NCBI GenBank assembly: GCA_031277035.1
Contig: JAISLY010000025.1
Location: forward strand, 32,068 to 96,067
Reading direction: 5' to 3'
Origin: Coriobacteriales bacterium
GTDB taxonomy: Bacteria; Actinomycetota; Coriobacteriia; Coriobacteriales; UBA8131
Length of the DNA stretch: 64,000 nucleotides
The position numbers and the translations under genes are program-made. Below, one piece after another: positions 1 through 8,324 of the stretch (position 1 is its first letter; every line of letters begins with the position of its first letter). A model generated the notes under the pieces. The model saw nothing but the letters and a program-made list of their open reading frames with translations. It did not search any database and was not told where the DNA came from.

Positions 1-1623
1 ATCCAATACGGCCAATTCGTCATTGCAGCGAATACCTCCGCAGGTAGCCAGAAACTGGCTTGGCCCAATGGTGTTGACGGCGCCATAGAAGGGGCCCTGT
101 TCGATTTTAAGCAGGTACTTATCTGTCTTATGAAAATCGTCGTCATGTTGGGCATCACAAAAGCCGTTATAGCGCTCGATGGTCTTTCTGGCGTTCTCAA
201 CATCAAGGCCATCCAGCTGCGCGAGCACCTCATCGATGCTATCGCCCTTAACCCAACCACCGGATTCCACGCCAGCTTCTATCTCGACGAGCTTTTCGGC
301 GGCGCTTATCGGTTGTGTACCGAGCAGATCCATATTGACGCCCAGGCCGTTATAGGTGGGCCAGTGTGGGAGAAAGTTGGAGTCAAAGATCGTATACACT
401 GCATTGTCGCTTTGACACTGGATGGTGTAGCCGGCGTAGACCGATGTCGAGGACTCGTTCATGAACCGCTGACCTTCCTTGTTGAGAAGGATGCCGGGGT
501 GGTTCATGTCGCTTTCCGGGGCCGGAAAGCCATACCAGCCAATCATCGGCGCACAGGGATTGGTGTGCTGCCAGGCGCCGCCGACCCAAAGCGCCATCTT
601 GTGGCCATCGCCCGGCATGAGACCGCCGAATTGGAACTCAGCGTCGTAATCGCCGCCTTCGATAGAAACCAGGTCCTGATAGGCAGAGCAGTATTTGGCC
701 ATCAGATCCGGGCTCCCGGAAAAATCGCCGGTTGCCAGGACAATGCCCTTGCTGCCCTCGTACTTCACATAGCTGCCATCGGCATTGCTGGCAATAACTC
801 CACTCACCCGACCGGTATTGTCGGCCTCACGCACCAGGTACTCCGCCTTGGTGGTGTAATGTATCTCTCCCCCTTTACTGGCAATGTACTTCTCCAGAGT
901 TGCCGTGAGCAGGGGCTCGCCATTGTTTGCGGAGTTGTCAATCTCAGGGCCATAGAAATTGTGCGCACCGCTGGGGATTGAGAACACGCCACCGTCAACG
1001 TCCACATAGGGGACCTCCAGGGTCGTGGTATACCCCGCCTCGTCCATGATGTCGGTAATCCAGTCCATGGCCTCGCCGCTCCTGTTAATCCAGGTCCACC
1101 ACTTGCGGCAGTCGATGCGATACCCCTGCCGGCTGATCTCGTTTTGGAAGTGATTGACCACCTTGTCCGGTGTGTAGTCGACAAGGCCAAGACGTTGCTG
1201 CGTCTTGGTGCCAATGGCATGATTGGAACCACCACGCGAGACTGCCTTGGTGCCTGCTGAGAACAAAATGCACTGACCGCCATTGTTCAGTACTGAGGCT
1301 GCGGTTACCAGACCAGACACACCGGAACCGATGACGATGACCTCAGAGGTGATGGTCTGGGTGATTTCGCTTTCTGGCACCGGCTCAGGGGCAACATCAA
1401 AACTCCAGGTAGCATTGTTGAATTTCTCCGCTGTCATCAATTCGCCGCCCTCGGCCTCACCGCTGCCGCCGCCGGCACCGCCTCCGCCGCTCCCCTTATC
1501 ACCGTCTCCAGACTGCGGAGCACAGGCGCCGAGTGCCGCACCGGCCGCACCGATGGCGCCAAGGGCAAAAGCGCCCTTCAGAAAATCTCGACGCCCCAAT
1601 TTTTCAACTCGTTCTTTACTCAT
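1..1623 (-). CDS. Tat-exported FAD-dependent flavoprotein reductase (fumarate reductase / FAD_binding_2 family); 3' end cut by the window edge
   Basis: Absent from the ORF track because it runs off the left edge. My translation from ATG 1623 gives MSKERVEKLGRRDFLKGAFALGAIGAAGAALGAC (twin-arginine motif plus lipobox Cys), then SEVIVIGSGVSGL (GxGxxG). It stays open for 541 codons to base 1. Paralogous to the products of 36553..38325 and 38369..40054. Confidence 0.8.
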   Translation of the reverse strand, partial: MSKERVEKLGRRDFLKGAFALGAIGAAGAALGACAPQSGDGDKGSGGGGAGGGSGEAEGGELMTAEKFNNATWSFDVAPEPVPESEITQTITSEVIVIGSGVSGLVTAASVLNNGGQCILFSAGTKAVSRGGSNHAIGTKTQQRLGLVDYTPDKVVNHFQNEISRQGYRIDCRKWWTWINRSGEAMDWITDIMDEAGYTTTLEVPYVDVDGGVFSIPSGAHNFYGPEIDNSANNGEPLLTATLEKYIASKGGEIHYTTKAEYLVREADNTGRVSGVIASNADGSYVKYEGSKGIVLATGDFSGSPDLMAKYCSAYQDLVSIEGGDYDAEFQFGGLMPGDGHKMALWVGGAWQHTNPCAPMIGWYGFPAPESDMNHPGILLNKEGQRFMNESSTSVYAGYTIQCQSDNAVYTIFDSNFLPHWPTYNGLGVNMDLLGTQPISAAEKLVEIEAGVESGGWVKGDSIDEVLAQLDGLDVENARKTIERYNGFCDAQHDDDFHKTDKYLLKIEQGPFYGAVNTIGPSQFLATCGGIRCNDELAVLD

Positions 1624-1776
1624 TCGTCATACTCCTTTTTCCTCGTAAATGCACAATATAACCTGCTGTCCTGACGACAGCCTCGCACTTGAATGGTAAC
1701 GCCACGGTGTACGCATATTTGCCTCAGATGGTATTGATTATGGTATTGATTGCCCGATTAGTACCGCCGAAAATGC

Positions 1777-3396
1777 TTGGTATCACGTACTATGGGAGTG
1801 TTCGGTGCCAGTTTGCACGCACCGTGGAGGAAGACGGTGGATACACGACTGCACAAATGGGCATGGTTGAGGCCTGCTGGTGGAGGCCTTATCTGGGCAC
1901 TCTTTTTCATCTGCATGTTCAACTACCCGCTTTTTGGCTTTACCAATCCGTCCTCTCAGGCCAATAATCCTTTTAACATGGGCTTCATCATTACCTTGGC
2001 CCTTGCTCTGATTGCCCTCGGTTTTTGTATTGCCGCGCCCGCCGTGCGCAAACATTTGAACAAACGTCGTCTCCTGCCAGCTATGGCCATGCTGAGTTTG
2101 ATCGTCGGTATCGTTGCTGCGGCAACCTTTAACGCAACGGGTGCCGTTGAATATCCTTCCTATATCGCCACGGGGTTTGTGGCCGGCTGCGGGCTGGCAG
2201 TCTTTCTGGTCTATTGGTTCTATGATTTCAGCACTTTGAAAGCTTCGATGATTGCCCTGCTTATTCCTCTGGATTTTCTCCTGAGCGCACTCATCACGAT
2301 AGGGACTCTGATGCTGCCCCGACCTTTTGCTGTCGCCATCATCATCTTGACAGTCTGCGTGGTCTTCCTCTGCATCGTAAGCTACAGACCGCCCTCCATA
2401 CCCCAAGGCCAACCTTCTCAACCGCAAGCTGCTTCGAAAAGAGAGCGTCTCAGGGGCTTCTTTGCCGCGATCCGACGTACCGATCGGTTTGGGGATTTTG
2501 TTTCTTACACCGTCTGCACTATCATCCTGTCTGTCGTTTATACCCTTGTCGGTCAGGTGGCCATATCGGCGTCCATGACCTACTCGGCCTTGAATCTGAT
2601 AACAATTGCCGATATGAGTGGCGCAGCAGTGGTGGCATTGATTATCAGGTCCATTACCAAGATTAATCTCTCACAAATCTACAAGGCTATCTTTATCGTG
2701 CTCTCCACGGCCCTGTTTTTCCTGCCTTTTTTGGGTGAGAGCTACTGGATCGTTACCAATAATCTCGTGGTCTTTGCCTACTATCTGTTCTTCATGCGTC
2801 TGATTGTTCTGTTAGCCCAGGAATTCAACGGCTTTGGACACTACGGCGTTACCCTCTTTGCACTGGTAAGCGGCCTGGGTTTTGCCTTTACTCTGGCGGG
2901 CGTCATTGCCGGTACCATACTAGCTGCCTCGGGGGGATTTGGCATCATACGTCTCTCAACAGTGGCTTTTGTCTGCGTTTATATCATGTCTATGGCCCTG
3001 GTTTCTTTCGCCAACAAAAAGGGTAGAGGCGTTGATTTGGAAAACGATGAGACTAGTTGGGATGAGACCAAGTTGGCGGTACGCGATGATGTGGTGCGCA
3101 TACAGCAACGCGCGAAACACTCGATAGAGCAGCCGCTCTGGTCGCTTTCAGATGATGCGCTCAACTCCTTATGTGATGCCTTCGCTCACCGCTACCAACT
3201 GACCCGGCGTGAACGCGAAATGCTTCCCTTCATCATCAAGGGCAAGACTTCTACCGAGATATCCGAGACTCTGTTCCTGGCTACCAGCACCGTTAAGGGC
3301 CATGTGTACGGGCTCTATCAAAAGTGTACGGTGCATTCCAGGCAGGAGTTGCTGAGTCTTCTGGAGCACGACAGAATAATCTCTACTGAGATATGA
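1777..3396 (+). CDS. Membrane-embedded LuxR-family transcriptional regulator (multi-TM N-terminus, C-terminal HTH)
   Basis: Many hydrophobic helices, then the C-terminal LuxR HTH REREMLPFIIKGKTSTEISETLFLATSTVKGHVYGLYQKC. Divergent from the flavoprotein gene. The true start may be downstream of 1777. Confidence 0.8.
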   Translation: MVSRTMGVFGASLHAPWRKTVDTRLHKWAWLRPAGGGLIWALFFICMFNYPLFGFTNPSSQANNPFNMGFIITLALALIALGFCIAAPAVRKHLNKRRLLPAMAMLSLIVGIVAAATFNATGAVEYPSYIATGFVAGCGLAVFLVYWFYDFSTLKASMIALLIPLDFLLSALITIGTLMLPRPFAVAIIILTVCVVFLCIVSYRPPSIPQGQPSQPQAASKRERLRGFFAAIRRTDRFGDFVSYTVCTIILSVVYTLVGQVAISASMTYSALNLITIADMSGAAVVALIIRSITKINLSQIYKAIFIVLSTALFFLPFLGESYWIVTNNLVVFAYYLFFMRLIVLLAQEFNGFGHYGVTLFALVSGLGFAFTLAGVIAGTILAASGGFGIIRLSTVAFVCVYIMSMALVSFANKKGRGVDLENDETSWDETKLAVRDDVVRIQQRAKHSIEQPLWSLSDDALNSLCDAFAHRYQLTRREREMLPFIIKGKTSTEISETLFLATSTVKGHVYGLYQKCTVHSRQELLSLLEHDRIISTEI

Positions 3397-3406
3397 GCGG
3401 TCAAAA

Positions 3407-3455
3407 GGCGACAGAAGGTGACAAGGGGGACGGTTCCATTTTGTCATCTTTTTGC
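3407..3455. repeat. REP-like repeat, inverted copy, left flank of the Y1 transposase gene
   Basis: ggcgacagaaggtgacaagggggacggttccattttgtcatctttttgc is the near-exact reverse complement of the repeat at 4371..4429. Confidence 0.75.
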
Positions 3456-3522
3456 CTTTTCCCAGCGTTGGAAGAGCGTTTGCGCAGTAACACCCGGCGG
3501 TCTGGCGACCACGCGGCGTCAC

Positions 3523-4293
3523 CTACCGGCGGCATTTCGCGATGATGCCGCGCGAGATGCCGGTCGCTCTCTCTATCTGGCGGATGGAAAAACCCTTGTC
3601 CCGCAGCAGACAAAGCAGGCGGTCGCGCTCCTTTTTGTCGGCAATCCCTACGAGTGCCACAGGCGCGGTGTCGCCAAGGGCTGCCTTGATTCCCGATAAC
3701 ACCTCGGCATCCGTCCTCAGCTTGCCTTCGGAGGGCATGCGCTCCGCACCGTCGAACACCTGGTGAAACGCACGAAACTCCGCAATCGCCTTCTTGTGGT
3801 CATCGGAGAACATGTCCAGCACCAGGCTCGTCTCCAAAAGCGCGTCGTTGCCCTTGAGGTAGCCGCGGTAGCTGCTCCAGCGGTATGCTCTGGCGTCCTT
3901 CGCGATGCCCGCCACCACGGGGTTTTGGTGGATATAGCGCACCACGGCAAGCAGGTAACGATCCCTGTCAACAGATTCGCTCTTGTAGCGGTTTGCCACC
4001 AGCGCGCCGCTGCGGGCGTATTTACGATTAAACCATCCGGCGTACTGGACAAGAACCCTGTGCATGAGTGCGCTGACGTTGCCAGGCGTGCCCTCGTGTA
4101 CCAGCAGGTGGACGTGGTTTCCCATCAGGCAGTAGGCATAGACGTCAAAGGGGACGGCGTCTTTTGTTGCAAAAAGCAGGTCGAGGAACTTCCTGTAGTC
4201 CGCATCCTCCTCAAACAGGTGACAGTGGTTCACCCCACGAAAGACGATATGGTAGATACCTGACGCACTGATCTGACGGGCGACCCTGGTCAT
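3523..4293 (-). CDS. Y1 (IS200/IS605-type, RAYT-like) transposase with C-terminal HTH-like tail
   Basis: IYHIVFRGVNHCHLF and YCLMGNHVHLLV (HUH-type motif), and RYIHQNP (catalytic Tyr region). The gene is flanked by inverted REP-like repeats. Confidence 0.8.
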   Translation of the reverse strand: MTRVARQISASGIYHIVFRGVNHCHLFEEDADYRKFLDLLFATKDAVPFDVYAYCLMGNHVHLLVHEGTPGNVSALMHRVLVQYAGWFNRKYARSGALVANRYKSESVDRDRYLLAVVRYIHQNPVVAGIAKDARAYRWSSYRGYLKGNDALLETSLVLDMFSDDHKKAIAEFRAFHQVFDGAERMPSEGKLRTDAEVLSGIKAALGDTAPVALVGIADKKERDRLLCLLRDKGFSIRQIERATGISRGIIAKCRR

Positions 4294-4363
4294 CTGTCAT
4301 CAACTCCTTCTTGTGCGGACATCATGCGGATAATCGCAGCAATACGGTTTTGGACAGTATAGT

Positions 4364-4429
4364 CGATAGCGCAAAAGTTGACAAAATGGAACCGTCCCCT
4401 TTGTCACCTTATGTCACCCCTTGTCAGCT
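4364..4429. repeat. REP-containing 66-bp repeat, copy 1 (right flank of the transposase, left flank of the TA cassette)
   Basis: cgatagcgcaaaagttgacaaaatggaaccgtcccctttgtcaccttatgtcaccccttgtcagct. It recurs at 5223..5289 with 2 mismatches. Confidence 0.85.
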
Positions 4430-4439
4430 ATCCACATCC

Positions 4440-4763
4440 TTACTCATCGCTGGTGGGGCGGTGGTGCTTCAGGATGCCGATTATGTTGCGTGAGCCGTGG
4501 AGGATGCGGTAGATAAAAACGGTTTGCTGCTCGTCGTCGACCTGATAGAAAATCAGGTAATCGTCAACGACCGCCCGGCGGTATCTGGCGTCATGTTCAT
4601 ATGGCGGGGCACCGTAAGGGTTCTCGGCAAGGCTTTTGCACCGTGCCTTCAGTGCATCGATGATTTTCTTTTGGTAGCTGTCTGAGAAACGCCTGTTGAA
4701 CTCCTGTATTTCTGTCACATCGGCCAATGCGACCTCAAGATAGCGGAGTTTGTAGGGTTCCAC
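4440..4763 (-). CDS. Type II toxin, RelE/ParE family
   Basis: 107 aa ending YLIFYQVDDEQQTVFIYRILHGSRN. Lies 7 nt downstream of the antitoxin gene. Confidence 0.8.
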   Translation of the reverse strand: MEPYKLRYLEVALADVTEIQEFNRRFSDSYQKKIIDALKARCKSLAENPYGAPPYEHDARYRRAVVDDYLIFYQVDDEQQTVFIYRILHGSRNIIGILKHHRPTSDE

Positions 4764-4769
4764 ACGGCC

Positions 4770-5039
4770 TCACGCACCAGTTGAAGCCCAGAACTCATCG
4801 TGTGAGAGCCACTTCGCATCCGGGCCCTCGGCAAGCCGCTCGCCCTCGGCGAGGCGCTCCCGCACGTACCGGAGGTGGAGGTACTCCTCATACCCCTTGA
4901 AGTCCTCAAAGTTGATGAGCACCGCCTGACCCTTGCCCCTGTTGGTGATAATCACGCTGTCGCGCTCCTCAAGTCGTTTGACGACGGCGGCATAGTTGTT
5001 CCTGAGTTCGCGGGAGGGGATGACTTCGGCGTTCATCAT
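4770..5039 (-). CDS. Type II antitoxin, Phd/YefM family
   Basis: MMNAEVIPSRELRNNYAAVVKRLEERDSVIITNRGKGQAVLINFEDF. AAAGGAG RBS upstream of ATG 5039. The longer track ORF starting at 5141 is unlikely. Confidence 0.8.
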   Translation of the reverse strand: MMNAEVIPSRELRNNYAAVVKRLEERDSVIITNRGKGQAVLINFEDFKGYEEYLHLRYVRERLAEGERLAEGPDAKWLSHDEFWASTGA

Positions 5040-5222
5040 GGGGCGCTCCTTTTGTTGCAAGGGCATCGCTGAGGTTTGCGTGACAATCCGACAGCAGTGT
5101 ATCACAGTTTGCCTACATGGGTGAACAGGGTCTGCCCGCATGAGCCCGCATGAGCTAAACGCAGCTTGACTGGCTGCGGCCCAACTGCTGCAAGTTTACA
5201 TCGAAATCACAGGTCGGGTAGC

Positions 5223-5289
5223 CGATACCGCAAAAGTTGACAAAATGGAACCGTCCCCTTTGTCACCTTATGTCACCCTTTGTCAGCTT
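5223..5289. repeat. REP-containing 66-bp repeat, copy 2
   Basis: Direct repeat of 4364..4429. It overlaps the stop codon of the adhesin gene. Confidence 0.85.
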
Positions 5290-7772
5290 GAACTGCCCCC
5301 ACGGCGAACCCTGAAGGTGTTCCGGAGAAGAGCGCCTCCACCCAGAAGCAAAAGAGCGACTGCCAGCAGCGTGCGCATGCCCCCGCTGTCGCCAGCAGCG
5401 GGAAACGCGGTCGTGGTGCCAGGAGTGTCGGGTGCGTCAGGTGTTTTGGGGGTATCAGGGGTACCGGGCGTCTCGGGAGTGTCAGGGGTATCGGGGGTAT
5501 CGGGGGTATCAGGGGTATCAGGGGTATCAGGAGTATCGGGCGTTTGGGGGACAAAGGTGTTGATGAACGTGACCGCCGTGCCACAGGCCTGCGCATCGAG
5601 CACTATCTCCGAGGCGTCCCCTGCAAGCACTGCGCCTGATGCCAGTTGATAGGTAGTCGTATACGTGGTGCCTCCGTCCGTCTGCTCGCTCACGCGATAG
5701 CGTCCCAACGGCAGCCCCGTGATACTCACGCTGTCTTTTCCTGCAAGCGTAAAACTGCCATCGGGGCTGAGAGCGGTCAGGTTCGATGCGCCTGAGATGT
5801 TGGCGTCGACAAGCGGCTCGGGGATAAGCGGCACCGGCACCCACTGAGAAAGGCCGGTGTCAAAGGTCTCGAGCGTAAACGCAAACCGGTCAACGTCCGA
5901 GGCATTGGCAGCGCCGCTCACGGCCTTGCCCACATCGATACGCCCAAGCTGCGCCTTGGGTGCAATCGTGTTGGTGAAGGCAATCGTATGCCCGGGATTC
6001 GTAAAACTGAGCACGATGTCATCTGAGACAAAACCTGCCCGTTCGGGGTTTGTGCTCAATCGGTTGACGGCCGTATAGCCCCCGATGCTCTCCTGTTCGC
6101 TCACCCGGTATCGACCGAAGGGCAGTCCGGTGACCTGCACCGTGTCCCCATCTGCCAGCGAGAACACCCCGCCCGGGCTGATGTCGACAAGGCCGGAGTT
6201 GCCTGAGATACCAGAGATGTTGGCGCCGTTGAGCGGGGCTGGAATGAGCGGTACCGGCATCCACTGAGAAAGGCCGTTGTCGTAGACCTCCAGCGTGAAC
6301 ACAAAGCCTCCCGCATCCGAAGCATCGGTGGCACCGAGTACGGCCTTGCTCACCGTGATGCTCGCGTTGTCGCTGTTGCCGCGCAAAAGCAGATGCCCCT
6401 CGCCATAAAGACTTGCCTGCATGTTGTTCACAAAGCCGATGAAGGCCTGGACGTGCCCCCATTCCTGCGCACCGGTTGCGGTGTCGGCAGGCCCCTGCCA
6501 GGCCATGATGGCAGGCGTGTCCTCGTAGGTCACGTTTACCGAGCGCCCAAAGCCGTGCAACGCAAGGTAGGCGAAGTCCATGTTTAGCTGGCCGATGTTC
6601 ACCAGAGCGCCCTGACTCGCAGTCAGGGCGGGTATCTTGAGATAAAACGAGCCGCCATTGGCAACGTAGGGCGCCACTTGTGCCGAGCCATACACGGTAC
6701 CCGTTGGAAGCGCCACGGCAACCGGCGAAGCGTCATTGACAAAAGTAAACTCCGAGGCATACATGCCGCTTGCCGTAAGGTAAATCTCCTGCGGCGTACC
6801 CGTGTTGTTGGAGGAGGCAATGCTCGCCTGCACAGGGCCGTAATACCAGTTAGTGCCGGCCCCGCCCGGCTGCGTGAACTCCGCGTTGCTGTTGTCAAAG
6901 TTCACCTCCAGCGTGGTGGTGGCAAGCGTGAGCCCCTCTGCGCGCGCATCGGCCACAAGGCCCTTCATGAGCGCGACCATGAGCCCGTAGCGGGCCTTCT
7001 GTGCGGCGGTGGGGTTTGCGGTATTCGGGACGAGGCTCGTGGAGAGCAGCGCGAAGGTCGGGTCGGTAAAATTCCATACAGCTGCCTTGGTCGCCATAAT
7101 CGCGATGGTCTCGTCGATGGGCGTTCCATAGTGGCTCTCAAGCGCGGTGTAGCGGCTGCGGATGTCTGTGAGATTGTTGACCCCGCCACGCTCACCGCGA
7201 AAACCGTTGACCGCAAGCCAGTACAGGCTCGGCAGGTTCGCGCGCACGTTTGCCGAGACCGCAAGCGGCGAGGCGACCACATAGCCCTGGGCCGTCGTGT
7301 CGGTAGTAACCCCGTGTGGCCAGCTCGTCTGGGTCTCCGTTGAGCCGTGGAAGGCGACCGTCGCATCGACGCAGTATGCCTGGTCAAGCAACTGGTTGCC
7401 GGAGCCATCGATAAAGCCACCGATGGGTATGTCGCCCGTGGTCGTCCAATACTCATCAATACCGTGCTGCACGATATAGCGCATCTGAATAGCGTCGTAG
7501 TAGCGAACCTCGGCGTAATAGGTGTTCGAATCCGCGTTCGCCGCCCATGCCGCACGAGGAGTCGCCACCAGGATGCCGGCCGTAAGCAGGAGCAACAGCG
7601 CCGCAAGGACGAGGCGCAGAGTGCTGCGGTGAGCGACAGGGGTGACAGGGGTACTATGGGCGATAGGGGCAATGGGGGCGGTGGGAGTGGTGGGGGCGGT
7701 ATAGGCACTATGGGTGATATGGGTACTATGGGTGATATGGGCGGTGCGCATGCGATTCTGATTCTTCATCAA
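5283..7772 (-). CDS. Cell-wall-anchored surface adhesin: signal peptide, thioester-domain-like region, two SpaA/prealbumin-like repeats, PDT linker, sorting signal
   Basis: N-terminal hydrophobic signal ending AAWAA. YCVD and TKAAVW motifs. Two roughly 125-aa repeats ending GRYRVSEQ. A (TPD)n linker. C-terminal FPAAGD, then a hydrophobic helix, then RNTFRVRR. Confidence 0.75.
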   Translation of the reverse strand: MMKNQNRMRTAHITHSTHITHSAYTAPTTPTAPIAPIAHSTPVTPVAHRSTLRLVLAALLLLLTAGILVATPRAAWAANADSNTYYAEVRYYDAIQMRYIVQHGIDEYWTTTGDIPIGGFIDGSGNQLLDQAYCVDATVAFHGSTETQTSWPHGVTTDTTAQGYVVASPLAVSANVRANLPSLYWLAVNGFRGERGGVNNLTDIRSRYTALESHYGTPIDETIAIMATKAAVWNFTDPTFALLSTSLVPNTANPTAAQKARYGLMVALMKGLVADARAEGLTLATTTLEVNFDNSNAEFTQPGGAGTNWYYGPVQASIASSNNTGTPQEIYLTASGMYASEFTFVNDASPVAVALPTGTVYGSAQVAPYVANGGSFYLKIPALTASQGALVNIGQLNMDFAYLALHGFGRSVNVTYEDTPAIMAWQGPADTATGAQEWGHVQAFIGFVNNMQASLYGEGHLLLRGNSDNASITVSKAVLGATDASDAGGFVFTLEVYDNGLSQWMPVPLIPAPLNGANISGISGNSGLVDISPGGVFSLADGDTVQVTGLPFGRYRVSEQESIGGYTAVNRLSTNPERAGFVSDDIVLSFTNPGHTIAFTNTIAPKAQLGRIDVGKAVSGAANASDVDRFAFTLETFDTGLSQWVPVPLIPEPLVDANISGASNLTALSPDGSFTLAGKDSVSITGLPLGRYRVSEQTDGGTTYTTTYQLASGAVLAGDASEIVLDAQACGTAVTFINTFVPQTPDTPDTPDTPDTPDTPDTPDTPETPGTPDTPKTPDAPDTPGTTTAFPAAGDSGGMRTLLAVALLLLGGGALLRNTFRVRRGGSSS

Positions 7773-7849
7773 TCCCCCTCCCCTGCCTGCATGACCTTAT
7801 TGTAGCACTCAGGGGGGCGCTTACCACAGCACTGCGCGACTTTTTTGTG

Positions 7850-8224
7850 TCACGCCCGGGCGGATGCCTCGTAGGTCATGGAGCAGCTTACGTCGAGGCC
7901 ATTGTCGTCCATATATCCCACTCCCCACTCGTATAGGGCGTTGAGGATGGGTTTGAGGCTCAGCCCGAACTCCGTGAGTGAATACTCGACTTTTGGCGGC
8001 ACCACTGGGTAGACGGTGCGGATGACGAGTCGGTCGCTTTCCAACTCGCGCAGCTGCTGGGTGAGCATCTTGGGGGTCGCCTGGGGGATGAGCTTCTGGA
8101 GCTGCCCAAAGCGCAGGGTCTGTTCCACAAGATGCCAGAGGATGAGCGCCTTATACTTGCCGCCGATAAGGCGAATCGTCGCGTCGACCGGGCAGTTGAG
8201 GTCTCGATGGTCACAGCAGCCCAT
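7850..8224 (-). CDS. HxlR-family transcriptional regulator
   Basis: [22 protein letters not shown]...[12 protein letters not shown] is a typical HxlR winged helix. Confidence 0.85.
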   Translation of the reverse strand: MGCCDHRDLNCPVDATIRLIGGKYKALILWHLVEQTLRFGQLQKLIPQATPKMLTQQLRELESDRLVIRTVYPVVPPKVEYSLTEFGLSLKPILNALYEWGVGYMDDNGLDVSCSMTYEASARA

Positions 8225-8324
8225 AATAGTCTCCCCTTCAGCGTCTTTCCAGGCTGTTCCAGCCTTACAGTATACTTTTTATAGTATCTTTCTTTCAGGT
8301 GCCTACTTGCAGTATTCATAGTAT

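Noticed and set aside
130-981. 283-aa plus-strand ORF at the left edge
   Set aside because: It is antisense to the much better supported Tat flavoprotein gene (1..1623, minus), which has clear signal and FAD motifs. GC-rich genomes generate long shadow ORFs, and this translation has no recognisable motif.
5400-5545. Short tandem repeats (ggggtatc units) that could at first glance suggest a CRISPR-like array
   Set aside because: The units are 9 bp, contiguous with no spacers, and encode the (TPD)n linker of the adhesin. The plus-strand ORF 5245..5649 with (VSG)n is their antisense. The 10489-10640 array is likewise spacer-less. No CRISPR array is present in the window.
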